Shown here: positions 46,868 through 58,899 of the stretch, in pieces | How positions within the stretch are numbered: the stretch's first letter is position 1 | Layout of the letters: each line of letters opens with the position of its first letter | DNA from: Balamuthia mandrillaris | Taxonomy: Eukaryota | Length of the DNA: 64,000 nt | NCBI GenBank assembly: GCA_031835245.2 | Contig: JAVKOQ020000003.1 | Span: 372,001-436,000 of the forward strand | Direction: 5' to 3' | Notes under the pieces: generated by a model | Seen by the model: only the letters and a program-made list of their open reading frames with translations | Databases searched by the model: none | Told to the model about the DNA's origin: nothing | Made by a program: the position numbers and the translations under genes

Positions 46868-47250
46868 ATGATAGGCATGAGCGGCCAGCAGTGTGGGCAG
46901 CAAAAGGCAATGACAGGGAGATCCACAAAGGTGGAGCCTAAGGAGGAGCTTGTGATCCGAGCGCAGCCCCTCTCCTGGGTGGCGGTCAAATGGATGCAGT
47001 GGCAGATCATTACCAGCCAGTACATCCTCTTCCCCGTCGAAAACGTTGCTCTCAGTACGTTGTTTCTGTTCTTTGTCTCTTTTAAGGCAGCATCTCTCAT
47101 TTCTCTTTCGTTGTTGGTAACTAGACTGCCTCATTTTGTTGGTGGTTTGTTTAATGGTGTACAGACTGCATAGTTTTTTCTCTTATTTTCTTTCTCTTTG
47201 AGAAAAAAAAAAACAATAAAAATTTTATTTATTTTTCTTTCTTTCTTTGA
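46868..47250 (+). CDS. SPT small-subunit-like protein, copy B (intron at the same position; 3' end uncertain)
   Basis: SWVAVKWMQWQIITSQYILFPVENVAL aligns directly with copy A; same A|GTACGT donor and phase. Confidence 0.55.
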
Positions 47251-49165
47251 CTCTCTTCGTCCGCTTTTCGAGAAGAAGAGGAAGAGGAGGGAGAAGACGC
47301 TTTTTGTTCCTTCACGTAAGCTTCAAGAGCTTCTTTGGAACTGTATTCGTACTGTTATAAAAAAATAAAAAAAAAGCCAACTGTGAGAAGGGAAGAAAGA
47401 AAGAGAGAGAAGCGAATAATGGAATGGAATGGAAACCTTAAAGCCCAGAGCATCGAGTTTAGTGGAGGCCACAACCATGGGATACTTCAAAAAGTTCAAA
47501 GCGGTGGGAGGCAGTTTGGCCAAGTGCAGCCACCACAGCAGAGCTCCCAACAAATACAGCAGCCAAAATGGAGCTGTTATACGCGTTGTTCCTATTTTTT
47601 TTGAAAATGTTAAGGAAATGAGACTAAGAATAACAGTAGATGAAAACAAACGAACGGAAGGAAGAAGACAAACCAGTAATCTTGGCAATTTCTTTTTGAG
47701 TTAAGGTATCTGTTTTTTAAGTCATAGGAAAAGAGTCAGAGTTTAGAGAGAGAAAAACACCAATACACTTCAGATGGAGAGAGCAAATTTTACCCTTTGG
47801 AGCAATGTTGTATGGTCCCGTTCCTTTTTAAACGAAGAACAGTGAGCATGATACGAAATCAGTGAAGAAAAGAGAGAAAACGAGAAGGAGCGAAGAGAGA
47901 AGAAGAGAAGGAGAAAAAACAAAGCAACTGATGTAACCAACCGTTATTTTCGAGAATAGCAACGCTTGCTGCTCCAACATCGGAAACGTGACCTAGTTGC
48001 ACGGGTGCCGGATTAAAAGGCACCGCACCAAACTTCTCAGCCAATACTGTGTCTGTGATGCTATTGCGAAGGCCATTGCCTACCAAAATGCATGGCCTTT
48101 ATTTTTAAGTTTGCACCAAAGTTAGAACAAAAAGATCCGATGACAGAAGAGAAAAAACAGAGGCAAAAATGAGACAAGGAAGAGGAAGTCTAGATACCTT
48201 ATCCATGAAACTTTGATTTCGGAGTGGTCCTCCGCAAACTTAACGGTCATTTCCTCCAAGAAGGCTTTGTGGGCGGCGTAGTCATAGGTGGACTTGGCGC
48301 CACGGATGGGGTCTGCCTCCGTCAAAGGGATTGGATTGTCTGGAAACACTCCATAGGCTTTTTTTTTTGTGCAATGAAAAATAAATAAATGAGAAGAAGA
48401 GATTGAAAAGAGAAGCCGGAAAGCGACTAGGAAGCGAGCACAATAGAACGAACAAACGAAAGATAGCAAGAACAAAAGAGAGCAGAGGGAAAAGGAAAGA
48501 AGAGAAGAGAGAAGGGAGAAGGGAGAAGGGAGAAGGGAGAAGGGAGAAGGGAGAAGGGAGAAGGGAGAAGGGAGAAGGGAGAAGAGAGAAGAGAGAAGAG
48601 AAGAGCGAGATAAAAAGAGACTCCACCTGTGACGGAAGAGGCGATCATGAGTCGTGCAGGTTTAACGGGGTTTTCGTCGATGGCACGAAACAGGTTTTTG
48701 GTGCCGCCAATGTTGATGTCGTGCATCTTCTGGGTGTCATGCAGCGGGCTCACCACAAACGCCAAGTGAATGACAGTGTCTGGCTGAAACTCCATCAACG
48801 ACAACGACAGTCCTTTTGTTATGTTCGTCAAGCAACATCAAAAAAAAATACATCAAACGAAAATAAATAATAAATAACATATAATAAAATAAAATAAAAT
48901 TAAATAATAAATAAATAAAGAATAAAAAATAAAAATAAAAAACTTTTCAACACACAACAAAAAAAAAGGGAAAATCAAACAAACCAGGGGATCTAATGTC
49001 TCGCTTGACAAACTCATCAGGTTGAGGGGCGGAAGCTGGCGGCCGCGTCACGTCCACGCCCAGTATCTCGGCCTTGGGGAAGCGCTGCCTGAGGGAGGAG
49101 ACGATGGCACAGCCGACGTAGCCAGAGCTGCCCGTGATTAACACTCGTTTTATGTCGCTTGCCAT
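47229..49165 (-). CDS. NAD-dependent epimerase/dehydratase (extended SDR), multi-exon
   Basis: VLITGSSGYVG, VIHLAF, NIGGTKN, SS..AYG, YAAHK (YxxxK), LGHVSDV; last exon YEYSSKEAL. Confidence 0.85.
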
Positions 49166-49737
49166 GTTGTTCGTTGGAAGTGGTGTGGATCGGTTTTTTT
49201 TAACGTTTGAAAGAAATAATAAATAAATCAGTAGTTTTTTTTTTTAATGGTTGACTTCACGTAAAGTCTTTTGCTTTGTGTTTTTGAAAGTCCTCGTTCT
49301 CTCCACTTTTTTTTTTTCCAAGCAAGTCTTTGCTCACCGTCTGTTAGAGGAAAAAAAAAAAGAAATAAGAGGTGAAAAGTGGGCCGCGAGTTCTCTCTCT
49401 CTTGCGTTCTCTCTTTACTGTTTGTTTCCTCGTTCTTTCCCCTTTTTTTTTTTGTTTGCCGTTTTAATTGAGGTATTTGGCGATTCAAACCTCCAATCAA
49501 AAATCAAACTATGATCTGTTCAACGTGAGACGAGCGGGAATTTTTTCTTGGAAATTTTTTGAACGATATTTGACGTCCCAATGGAATAGGTGAGAAAATC
49601 GTCCAGTCAGGGCCATAGACCCACCGCATTCACCCGGTGGACATGATGACTTATACAACGGAAATTTCCAAAAAAAAAAAACAAACCGCTGGCCACCAGA
49701 GTCGAACTGGCGTCATAAACAAAAAAGAAAAGAAAAG

Positions 49738-52389
49738 ATGCAAAGACATCTTTTGCAGGAGGGACGACGCGGCTTCCTGCGTTCTCGGTTTTCTTGCGCA
49801 CCCTCTCGTTTCCGACCATCACTCTCCGTTACCTCCCCTTCTACCTTTTCCACTCATCACCAACACCGCACACCATTTCTGCCTTCTTTTCGATTCCTCT
49901 CCTCTTCGCTTCCTTGCTTCTCCTTCTCTCATCCACCACCACCACCACAAGCTCTTCCTTCTTCTTCTTCTTCCTCCACCTCCTTCTTGCACCTTCCTTC
50001 TACCCATGCCTCGGGTCGCTGTCGTACCTACGGCACCGCCGCCGGTAAGATAAAAGGCCTCTCCAAAGGCGCCCTCAAGAAGCGAGCCATCCCCCCAGCC
50101 GACCCCCAACGGCAGAAACGCACCAGGGCCAAAGCGGCCGCCAGGGACAAGGTCCTTCGCAAGCGAGACAACAACAGGGCGCAGGCCGCCTCCTCCTCCA
50201 CCGCCGCGCGGAAGGCAAGAAAAGTAGAAGAGGAGGAGGAGGAGGAGGACGAGGGGATGCTGCCAAAGGGAAACCTGCCGGTGGTTGCTTTGGTGGGCCT
50301 GCCGAATGTCGGCAAGTCCACCCTGTTCAATCGGCTGGCGCAGCAGAACAAGTCGTTGATCTCGCGTGTGGCTGGAACCACCCGCGACCGCGTTTATGGC
50401 ACTGCTGTTATCAACGGACGACGACTGATGGTTTGTTGTTGTCCTTTCTCTTTCGCCTTTTTCTCGTCTTCTTCCTTCTTCCTTCTTCCTTCTCCCTTCT
50501 CCCTTCTCCCTTAGGCCTGTGATAACGTTTAACAAACACTACCAGTTGGTGGATACGGGAGGAATGCTAGGCGAGGAGGATTACTTCTCCTCCAAAGTGC
50601 ACGAGCAAGCGCTGGTGGCCGTACAAGAGGCGGATATCATCCTCTTCATGTACGACTACAACAAAGGCCTAACTGACAAGGACTTTGCCATTGCTCGTCT
50701 CCTTCGCAAATCTAACCAACAGTCATCGTCCCCGCAACAAAAAGAAAAACAAGTTATCGTTATAGCGAACAAAGCAGACTCTGAGGAAAGTCGGTGGTAC
50801 ACGGAATTGAAGAGCAGACAGCTGTCGGAGGAGGAGATGGACCAATATTTGGCTGCCAGTCAGTCCAAAGAGGAGTGGATGAAGCAACAGCAGGAAATCG
50901 CACGGCTAGGATTTCCACAGTTAATATCGTTCTTTTGTCTTTGTGTTCACTTTTTCTTTCTTGTTGCTCTATCTGTGGTACTGTTTCTCACTTCTTGTTG
51001 AATAGTGTTGTTGGACTTTCGGCCTATCATGGAGGAGGATTAGTTGCATTGGAAGATGCGCTAGTAGAGGTACTAGATACACATTTTCCGGAAGAACCCA
51101 ATGAAGAGTTTGAAGAAGACGAAAATGTAGAGGAAGAGGAAGAGGAAAAGGAAGAAGAAGCCCTAAGTCTCGAAGAAGAGAACGACGAAAGTGAAGGTGA
51201 AGAAGAAGAAAGTGATGATGATGAAGAAGAAGAGGAAGAGGAAGAAGATGAGGAAAAAGAGAAGAACTATTTTCTTGAAGAAAGCGATGACTTTGACTAC
51301 GTACAAGCAAAAGAAGATGATGTAGAATTTTTTCAACCTGATAGCGATACTTTTTCAGAAGACTTACTCGACAACGACGAACCAACAACAGAAGAGACGG
51401 GAGATGCACATGAAGAAGAACATGAAGAACAACCACAAAAGCGTCAACCAAGAATCAAGATAAGCATTGTCGGTAAACCCAACGTCGGGAAGTCTAGTTT
51501 TCTTAACCGCATTCTCGGCAAAGAACGAGTGATCGTCAGTCCCCAAGCGGGAACCACCCACGATGCTATCGACCACTTTATTCTTTGGAAAGGCAAAAAG
51601 AAGCACAAGAAGACGAAGAACAAGATCCAACAACACGAAGAAGAACAACTAGAGCCAAAGAACGTTCCTACCCCGATAGCTTTGGTAGATACAGCTGGAA
51701 TAAGAAGAAGGGGTCATCACAAGAAAGGCTTAGAACGATCCACCGTTTTGTGGAGCGTCAAAGCCATCAACAGAAGTGACGTGACGTTGATGCTGATCGA
51801 TGCCACAGAGGGCATTTCGGAGCAGGATAAGAAGATCGCGGAGTACATTTTGAACAGCCACAGCTCGGTCGTGGTGGTGGTAAACAAGTGGGACATGGTC
51901 AAGAAGAGCGCCAAGAAGGAGTACGAGAAGTACGTGCGAGAGACATTGAACTTTATGTACTACGTTCCTGTTGTTTTTACTTCTGCTAAAAATGGTACCC
52001 TCTCGGTGGTCTTGGTTCTTTTTCTTTTAACAAACTGAAACGTTTTTTACAAAAAAGGTGTTCAAGTCAGAGAGACAATCGACAAAGCCATTCAAGTCCA
52101 CAACGAAAGGCAAACCTTCATCAAGACTCACGCCCTCATCAAATGCCTCCAAAGCGCAATGCTGCGGCACAAGCTTCCCTCCAAAGGAGGAAGAAAGCTA
52201 AAGATAAAGTTTGCGACGCAGGCCAAATGCAGGAACCCCACCTTTACTTTCTTCGTAAACGACGTTGAGTTGGTTCACTTCAGCTATCAGCGGTTCCTGG
52301 AGCACGTCATCCGGGATCGGTTTCCTTTCTCAGGAACTCCCATGCGACTTATTTTCAAGGACACTCAGAACCGGAAACTTCAGTTTTAA
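49738..52389 (+). CDS. engA: EngA/Der double GTPase with predicted mitochondrial presequence
   Basis: Two G-domains ([25 protein letters not shown] and [25 protein letters not shown]); KH-like end [25 protein letters not shown]; Arg/Ser-rich N-terminus. Confidence 0.93.
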
Positions 52390-53329
52390 CAACAAAGAAG
52401 GCTTCTTTTTTCGTCACTGTTTTCTTGGTCGTCAGATTTGTATACATGGCAAAGTTTTCCGAGCGAGGTGGAAGTGCGTATTTTCGTTGGATAGCCTCCT
52501 CCATGGAAACCGGGGTTAACATGCACTTGGTTCTCACCATCTCTTTCTCTATGTCAGCGCTGTTAGAGGCCACCATCAACGTTGCTATCGCTCCAACTAT
52601 CGCTATCACTCCAACTATCACTATCGCTATCACTGTCGCTCTCGAAACCTCCATCCACTCTGCCCTGCCAATAGTTTTGAGAAGCAGTAGCCGCTCTCTG
52701 TGGAACCGGAGGTTCGTTCCCAGGAAGGAAAGGTTCGTCCACCACATCGCAGCCGCTGTCGAACCAGAACTGGATGTAGACCTCGTGCTCGGGCATGGGA
52801 GTGCACTCGCCCTCTGTGAAGGGAGTGGGAGGCGATGGAGGAGCTAAACTTGGAAGGAAGGGGGAAAGTGCCAACAGGTCCAACTGGGTTTGAGAGGCTA
52901 GTTGACAACGATAGTTGGAGTAGACCTTGCCGGTCTTGGTGGCGCAGTCAAAAGTGAAGCCGACCACGTATTCAAAGTTGAAGCAGGCAGAAGGGGAAGA
53001 AGCGGAGGCAGAGGAGGAAGAAGGGGATACGACGGTGAGAGCTAGGCAGTTGTCGGTAAAGGTTTGGCAGGAGGGATCGCTGTGAATGACCATCTTAACT
53101 TTACAATCGGCTAACAAAAAAAAAAAAAAAACAATATTGTAAGGGTGAGGCTAACAACAAAAGGGGAAAGGCAAAGATGAAAGATGAAAGAACCGTTTGT
53201 GTGGCGGACAAAGAGTGACAGCAATAGGGCGGACAACCACAACACATTTACCAGTTTGGCTTCTTTCAGCCCTTCCAAAGACTTTCCCAAAGACCTATGC
53301 CGGACATCCCCGAAAAGCATGAACCCCAT
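52355..53329 (-). CDS. Hypothetical Cys-rich secreted or single-pass membrane protein; needs a frameshift to reach the TM segment
   Basis: Hydrophobic leader exon spliced to a Cys-rich exon (ADCKVKM..); TM segment ATVIAIVIVGVIAIVGAIATL lies in a shifted frame. Confidence 0.5.
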
Positions 53330-53825
53330 TTTTTTATTTTGTTGAACTCAGGGGGTGTGGATGCGCGTTCCCGTTCTAGCTTTCTTCGCTTTTTTTTTGT
53401 TTATAACCCCCAAAAAAAGAGAAAAAAAAGGTAGTCCGGCCAAACGACACCCATGCGGTTTCATTTGGTAAGCTTACGTGTAACCAGCTTGGAATTACTT
53501 TATTTATTTGGTAATCATCGCCTAGCAACAACACCAAAATGGATCAGTTTTGTTTCTCCGAAAATATTAAGGCGGCTAATTGCAATTTCAAACGTCCAAC
53601 AAAAAATCAAAAAAAACGGACCGTAATTAACCATAAAAACAAGTCGATCTATTTCATTACCATAAAAAGGTATCGACAATTATATTTTACCCATAGATCA
53701 GCAGCTTCTACTGACGTCATTCAGCATTTCCGTCGCGGGCCGATGCTGTCCAAACCCCATATGATTTTGGTGGGCGGATCGATCTCTTTTTTCCGATCAA
53801 CGTACTTGAAACGCAGGAAGAAAAG

Positions 53826-54330
53826 ATGGAGACGACGCGCAAGAATGGCAGGGTAGTGTTTGTGGAGCTGCCGCTGGCGCTGCCGACAGAACATCCAGGC
53901 CTTTTCGTGCAGGCGCTGCAGACGGCTCTCGCCCAACACGAGGACGTGCTACGATTATTTGTCTACCTGTTTCCCTTCCAAGATCTTTCAACTTCCCTCT
54001 CGGTACCTCTTTTCTTCTTGCTCCCGTTCTTCGTCGTTCCTCTTGGTTTTTTCTCTCTCTTCTTGTGCTCTGTGTTCGTTTCTCCTTCTTCCTCTTCTTG
54101 TTCTTCTTTGTTTACACAGTGAAACAAAAAAGTTAGAAGAGGTGGAACACGCCCTGGCGAAAGCCTATCAGCTCTGTTTGGAGAGTTCTGCCCCAACGCT
54201 TGCTGAGGTGGAGGTGAACGTTTTGCCTCCGCGCAGCCTTTGTCCCCAGCCTGCCTCCTCCAACCTTCAGCCATTGGAAACCATTCCTGACCTGGACACA
54301 TTTGTCACGTTTCGAACAGACGGTATCCCT

Positions 54331-54373
<43 letters not shown>

Positions 54374-55563
54374 GCTGTTATAACTCTCCTCTTGTTCTCT
54401 CTCTCCTTTTTTGTCGTTTCTTTCTTTCTAGTCATTTCTTGTCGTTTCTTTCTTTCATCTTTCTTTTGTTCTGATTGTTTGTTATTTTACAGACAACTGG
54501 ACAGAAACACTGAACGAGAGACGAGGAGAGAAGGGCCTATCTGTACTGTCAGTCCAACATTTAGACCTTGTGACTTTGTGGAAGGAAGAAGCGAGTAAAA
54601 ACGGAACAGAAGACACACCTCCATCTTTCGTAGACCCTTCCTCCACTGAGAAGATCCTTTCTCCTGGTTTTTCTTTTTATTATTTTATTTCTTTGTTTTG
54701 CATTTATTTTTCTTATACTGTTTCGTTGCAAACAGGATGGAAAGTTTATCAAAAGACTTGCTTAGGAGGCACATTCGACAGGCTTCATGCCGGGCACAAG
54801 TTGATGCTTACCATCGCCATTCTTTCCACAAGTCGCACTATGATCCTGGGCATTACTGGTAGTCTTTTGTTTCTATCTTTCCTTTGTTTTATTTCTTCTT
54901 GTTCTTGTTCTTCTTGTTCTTCTTCTTCTTCTTGTTGTTGTTGTTCTTCTTCTTCTTCTTCTTCTTCTTCTTGTTCTTGTTCTTCTTCTTCTTGTTGTTC
55001 TGCTTGTTCTTGTTCTTGTTCTTGTTCTTCTTGTTCTTGTTCTTGTTCTTGTTCTTGTTCTTCTTGTTCTTCTTGTTCTTGTTCTTGTTCTTCTTCTTCT
55101 TCTTCTTTGTTTAACCTTTTCGTTCTTCGTTCTTTCTCGTGAACACAAAGGAGCGGTGATGCTGAAGAACAAAAAGTATGGCGATATAATACAGCCCTAT
55201 GCTCTGCGTGCCGAAAACACGCTTTACTTTTGCAACTCCATCTCCCCATTCGTCCATTACAACGTACCGTAACTTCTACTTCCTTCTCGTTCTTATTCTT
55301 GTTCTTCTTGTTCCTCTTCTCTTTTGTTCTGAATGTAGCCTTAAAAACATTCACCAAAATAAAACCGAACAACACTCAAAGGCTGTAGAACTTCATGATG
55401 GATACGGACCAACCACTGATGATACAGAGCTAGAAGCAGTGATAGTGTCAGCAGAGACTAAAGCCGGCGCTTTCGCCATGAACAACAAGCGTCAAGAGAA
55501 CAACGTTGCTCCTTTGGACATTATCGTAATCGGTCTTATTCCAAGGTATGGAAGATGATCCTC

Positions 55564-55597
<34 letters not shown>

Positions 55598-55738
55598 GCT
55601 TTTGGCCTTTTTTTCCTTTTGGTTAACAAAAACAAAAGCTCGTCAGACACAGCAGCCGAAAAGTTGAGCAGCACAGCTTTGAGAGAGAAAGAAGCGCTGA
55701 TGAAGAAAACAGCAGCAGAAACGAAACAACAATGCTAA
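53826..55738 (+). CDS. Phosphopantetheine adenylyltransferase (eukaryotic COASY/Cab4-type PPAT)
   Basis: LGGTFDRLHAGHK (HxGH), DGYGP..VIVSAET..G..MN.KR, KLSSTALR. Confidence 0.9.
54893..55107 (+). repeat. Intronic (TTC/TTG)n microsatellite in PPAT
   Basis: Seen directly. Confidence 0.9.
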
Positions 55739-56581
55739 TAAAATTGTAACAATTGCTTTCGTCAATTATTCACAATATTTTTCATTTGTTGAAAAATTTA
55801 TCGGCCAATGTTAATAGTTGTCGATAACCACTCATTATTTTTGGCTGCCAGGAAAAGTTGCGATAGGAATGGCGCTTCGCTGGCCCCGGTTGAAGTTCTG
55901 GCCAGCGATGCCTCCTGCTTCCTGGTGGGTCTCGTGAGGGGAACGTCGACAGAACGCGTTGCGTGGTCTTAGCACACCAAAGAGTGGAGTGTCACTGAGC
56001 TTCCCCGTTTCACTCGAGGAGGTTCAAGGTACTCTCTCCCCGCTTTAACCTCGTTCTCCACTCTCTTCTCTCTTCGCTTGTCGCTTTGGTTTTCCCTCTT
56101 TCTCGTTCTCTCTCTTCATCGTTCTCTTCTCTTGTCTTCTCTTATCTTCTCTTCGTAGTTTTCTGCTCTCTTCTCTCTTCTCTTGTCTTCTCTTATCTTC
56201 GTCGTTCTGTGCTCTCTTCTCCCTTCTCTCCTCTCTCCTCTCTTCTCCCTTCTCTCCGCTCTCCGCTCTCCGCTCTTCTCTCCTCTCTCCTCTCTCCTCT
56301 CTTCTCTCTCCTCTCTTCTCTCTTCTCTCAAAAAAGGGCAGATTGCTATTTTTTTGGGCATCGGCTTGCTCGCGTCGGCCGAAATTCCGAGGAATCCACC
56401 GCAACGTGATTGCCTTTTTTTGGCAGGGGCACCTTTTAGGCCAACAAATGTCGCGGAAACTGTGCCCTAAAGAAGGCCCCTTTCATTAACGCCAGGAGAT
56501 GCGTTCATTCAAATATCCTTCTCGCCGCTCTTCTTCTGTTTCTTCATTCCACCCATCCAGCTCCTCACCACACATTCTTTC

Positions 56582-58621
56582 ATGCGCGTACAAATGATAC
56601 AGCTCTACTCCATTCTGGCACGATTGCTGGTGGTGGGAGCGGTGCTGTTCTTCTTCAATGCCTTCCTGCTGCCTCATGTCCGTGTGGCCCAGCAAACACG
56701 GCAACAACGCTCTCACACGTACATGGTCACTTCCTCCAAAACGATTCCGATCGAGGAAGCAGAGACCTACCCTTTGGGTCCCTCCCGCACAAACACCACC
56801 TCTGTCATTGTTCTCTGGCGAGAATCCATAACCCTCACCGCTGAAACGTTGGCCAACGTTTTGCAGGGTTGCTCCAGCGACACCCAGGTGCTTTACATCC
56901 ATCTCGACCTGAACTTCTGGCGTCCTATCCTGGAGCGTGTGGAGAAGCTGCGAGACAAGTACCCCAACCTTAGGATCCTCACCCTCTCTCAATGGGAGGA
57001 CAGACAAACGACCTATCGCAAAGGATTGGAGCGAGTGCCTTCCCGCTGGGTCCTCTTCCACGACAACAACAACCTCAACACCGAGGTAGACTTGCTCCAA
57101 AAGTTGATCAACGGTTTCCTCACAACTACCCCTGCACCCGTGCTGTTGGCTCCCCAAGTCGACGCCATCGACTCGAAGCACGGTGCCAAAGGAAAGGATC
57201 ACCACGCCGTCATGAAGATCACCCTCTTCAATGAAGAGGCTGTCGCGGCTCGCCTCTTGGACAACAACAACAACAACAAAGAATACGCTGTGTTTGGCGA
57301 GGAAGCATATGATGACAATGACGAACCAGCTTTGCTCCACTGGGCAGGATGGGACGGCATCCCCTTGCAAAACTCGATGGGTTTGAAAGTGGTTTCCGGT
57401 CCCGCCGTAGAGACTCATTCCTACATGCTGGATGCCTCTCGTTTCAGTGAGGATGACCTGAAGATCTTCAACGCTGACTGCGCCTTCTCGTCCTACCATA
57501 TCTGCCTTGGGCTAGCCTTGTACCAGCGCTACGGGTCACATGCCTCTGCGGTGCTGCGCAACTCCTCCTTCCACTACATCTACCCAAAGGCTCACCTCAA
57601 GCCAACAGATATCCCCCTGACGGTCACTCGATGGAACGCCTGGGACTGTCTCCTCTCCAACAGCTTTTTGGAGCATCGCTATGGTGTGAAGTACTTTCAC
57701 CAGTGCGGATGGGATTGGCACAACAGGGTGGCCTTCCACACTATCGAGTTTTGGGGGAAGGAGAACCAGCCTATCTCGAAGGATCCCATGGTTACTGCCG
57801 CTTTGGTCTATTCGATGTATGTGTTGCATCACGTCACTCATGTGCGCGCTGAACAACTCTATCGGGAGGGTTACTTTGAGGACATGGGAGACAAAAAGTT
57901 GGGTAGAAGGCAAGAAGTTAACAACGGATGGATGACGGCTAGAGAGGCGATTTCGTGGATATCAGACAGCCCAGACCTGTTTTCTTCGTCTGAGAACGCT
58001 ATCATGTTAGCTGCCCAACAACGTTCGGTGCCAAACGACTATCACGCTCATTCTAGCTTCGCTGTCAATGCGGATATGGACAGACGATGGATAAGAGAGG
58101 AGCTCGGAGTGCAGCAGAACCAGTTTCCGGAACACGACTATTGGCTTAAGGAAACAGCTAAGCACGACGATATCAACTGGTGTTACGTGAAGCTCGGGTT
58201 CTTGTGGATTCAAGGAAAATTTCCTGAACAGGTGCACAACGAAATGAAAGAGAAGGCCATTGTAATGCTTCAGTCCAACCGTAATACGGGACTCCATCGG
58301 TACTTGTTCCTGGTCAAGAAAGACACGGACACTATCAACCGAATTACGTCCGATGAAAGCATCAACTCCCTCCTTGCGAAGCATCAAGGCTATGAGTCCT
58401 GGTTTAAAGCATCTTTTTCGTGGGTGGATAAACGGGATGAGCTGATGAGAGGAACCTGCTTTTCCATCGAGCGGCGATATTGGTACACCTGTTCTGCCTC
58501 GTTGCCGTTGCATGTACCAGGATTCGACCTGGTGAAATGGGGAAAGAAGACCAATAATGAGGGCGAATATAGACTTCCCGGTGCTGGACTGTCGGTGACG
58601 AAAATACCTGGGGCAGATTAG
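56582..58621 (+). CDS. Intronless type II membrane GT-A/GT2-like glycosyltransferase (679 aa)
   Basis: N-terminal TM anchor; SVIVLWRE..VLYIHLD..GLERVPSRWVLFHDNN pattern typical of GT2 N-terminal halves; uninterrupted 2 kb ORF. Confidence 0.6.
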   Translation: MRVQMIQLYSILARLLVVGAVLFFFNAFLLPHVRVAQQTRQQRSHTYMVTSSKTIPIEEAETYPLGPSRTNTTSVIVLWRESITLTAETLANVLQGCSSDTQVLYIHLDLNFWRPILERVEKLRDKYPNLRILTLSQWEDRQTTYRKGLERVPSRWVLFHDNNNLNTEVDLLQKLINGFLTTTPAPVLLAPQVDAIDSKHGAKGKDHHAVMKITLFNEEAVAARLLDNNNNNKEYAVFGEEAYDDNDEPALLHWAGWDGIPLQNSMGLKVVSGPAVETHSYMLDASRFSEDDLKIFNADCAFSSYHICLGLALYQRYGSHASAVLRNSSFHYIYPKAHLKPTDIPLTVTRWNAWDCLLSNSFLEHRYGVKYFHQCGWDWHNRVAFHTIEFWGKENQPISKDPMVTAALVYSMYVLHHVTHVRAEQLYREGYFEDMGDKKLGRRQEVNNGWMTAREAISWISDSPDLFSSSENAIMLAAQQRSVPNDYHAHSSFAVNADMDRRWIREELGVQQNQFPEHDYWLKETAKHDDINWCYVKLGFLWIQGKFPEQVHNEMKEKAIVMLQSNRNTGLHRYLFLVKKDTDTINRITSDESINSLLAKHQGYESWFKASFSWVDKRDELMRGTCFSIERRYWYTCSASLPLHVPGFDLVKWGKKTNNEGEYRLPGAGLSVTKIPGAD

Positions 58622-58756
58622 TTGAAGTGAGAACGAAGAAGGAAAGGAAGAGGATTGCAGGAATGAATATGGCATTTCTGGAGTCATGTGCAGCATTCAT
58701 AAAGTTTATTTGTTATAAATTTGTTTTTTCCAACTTCTGTCTTTGCTTGACTTCTT

Positions 58757-58800
<44 letters not shown>

Positions 58801-58899
58801 GTCCCTCTCTCCCCCTCTCCTCTGTCTCCTGCAACATACCACAAGTTAACTGATAAATTTGTTTCCAATATGGAACAAGAAAATAACTGGACCAAACTG

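Noticed and set aside
55985..56012. GGGGAAGCTCAG (minus strand) resembling RNase P/MRP conserved regions
   Set aside because: No matching partner to form the P4 helix.
56330..56430. AAAAAGGGC...TTTTTGG resembling U11 snRNA
   Set aside because: Lacks the AUCAAGA loop and a RAUUUUUG Sm site.
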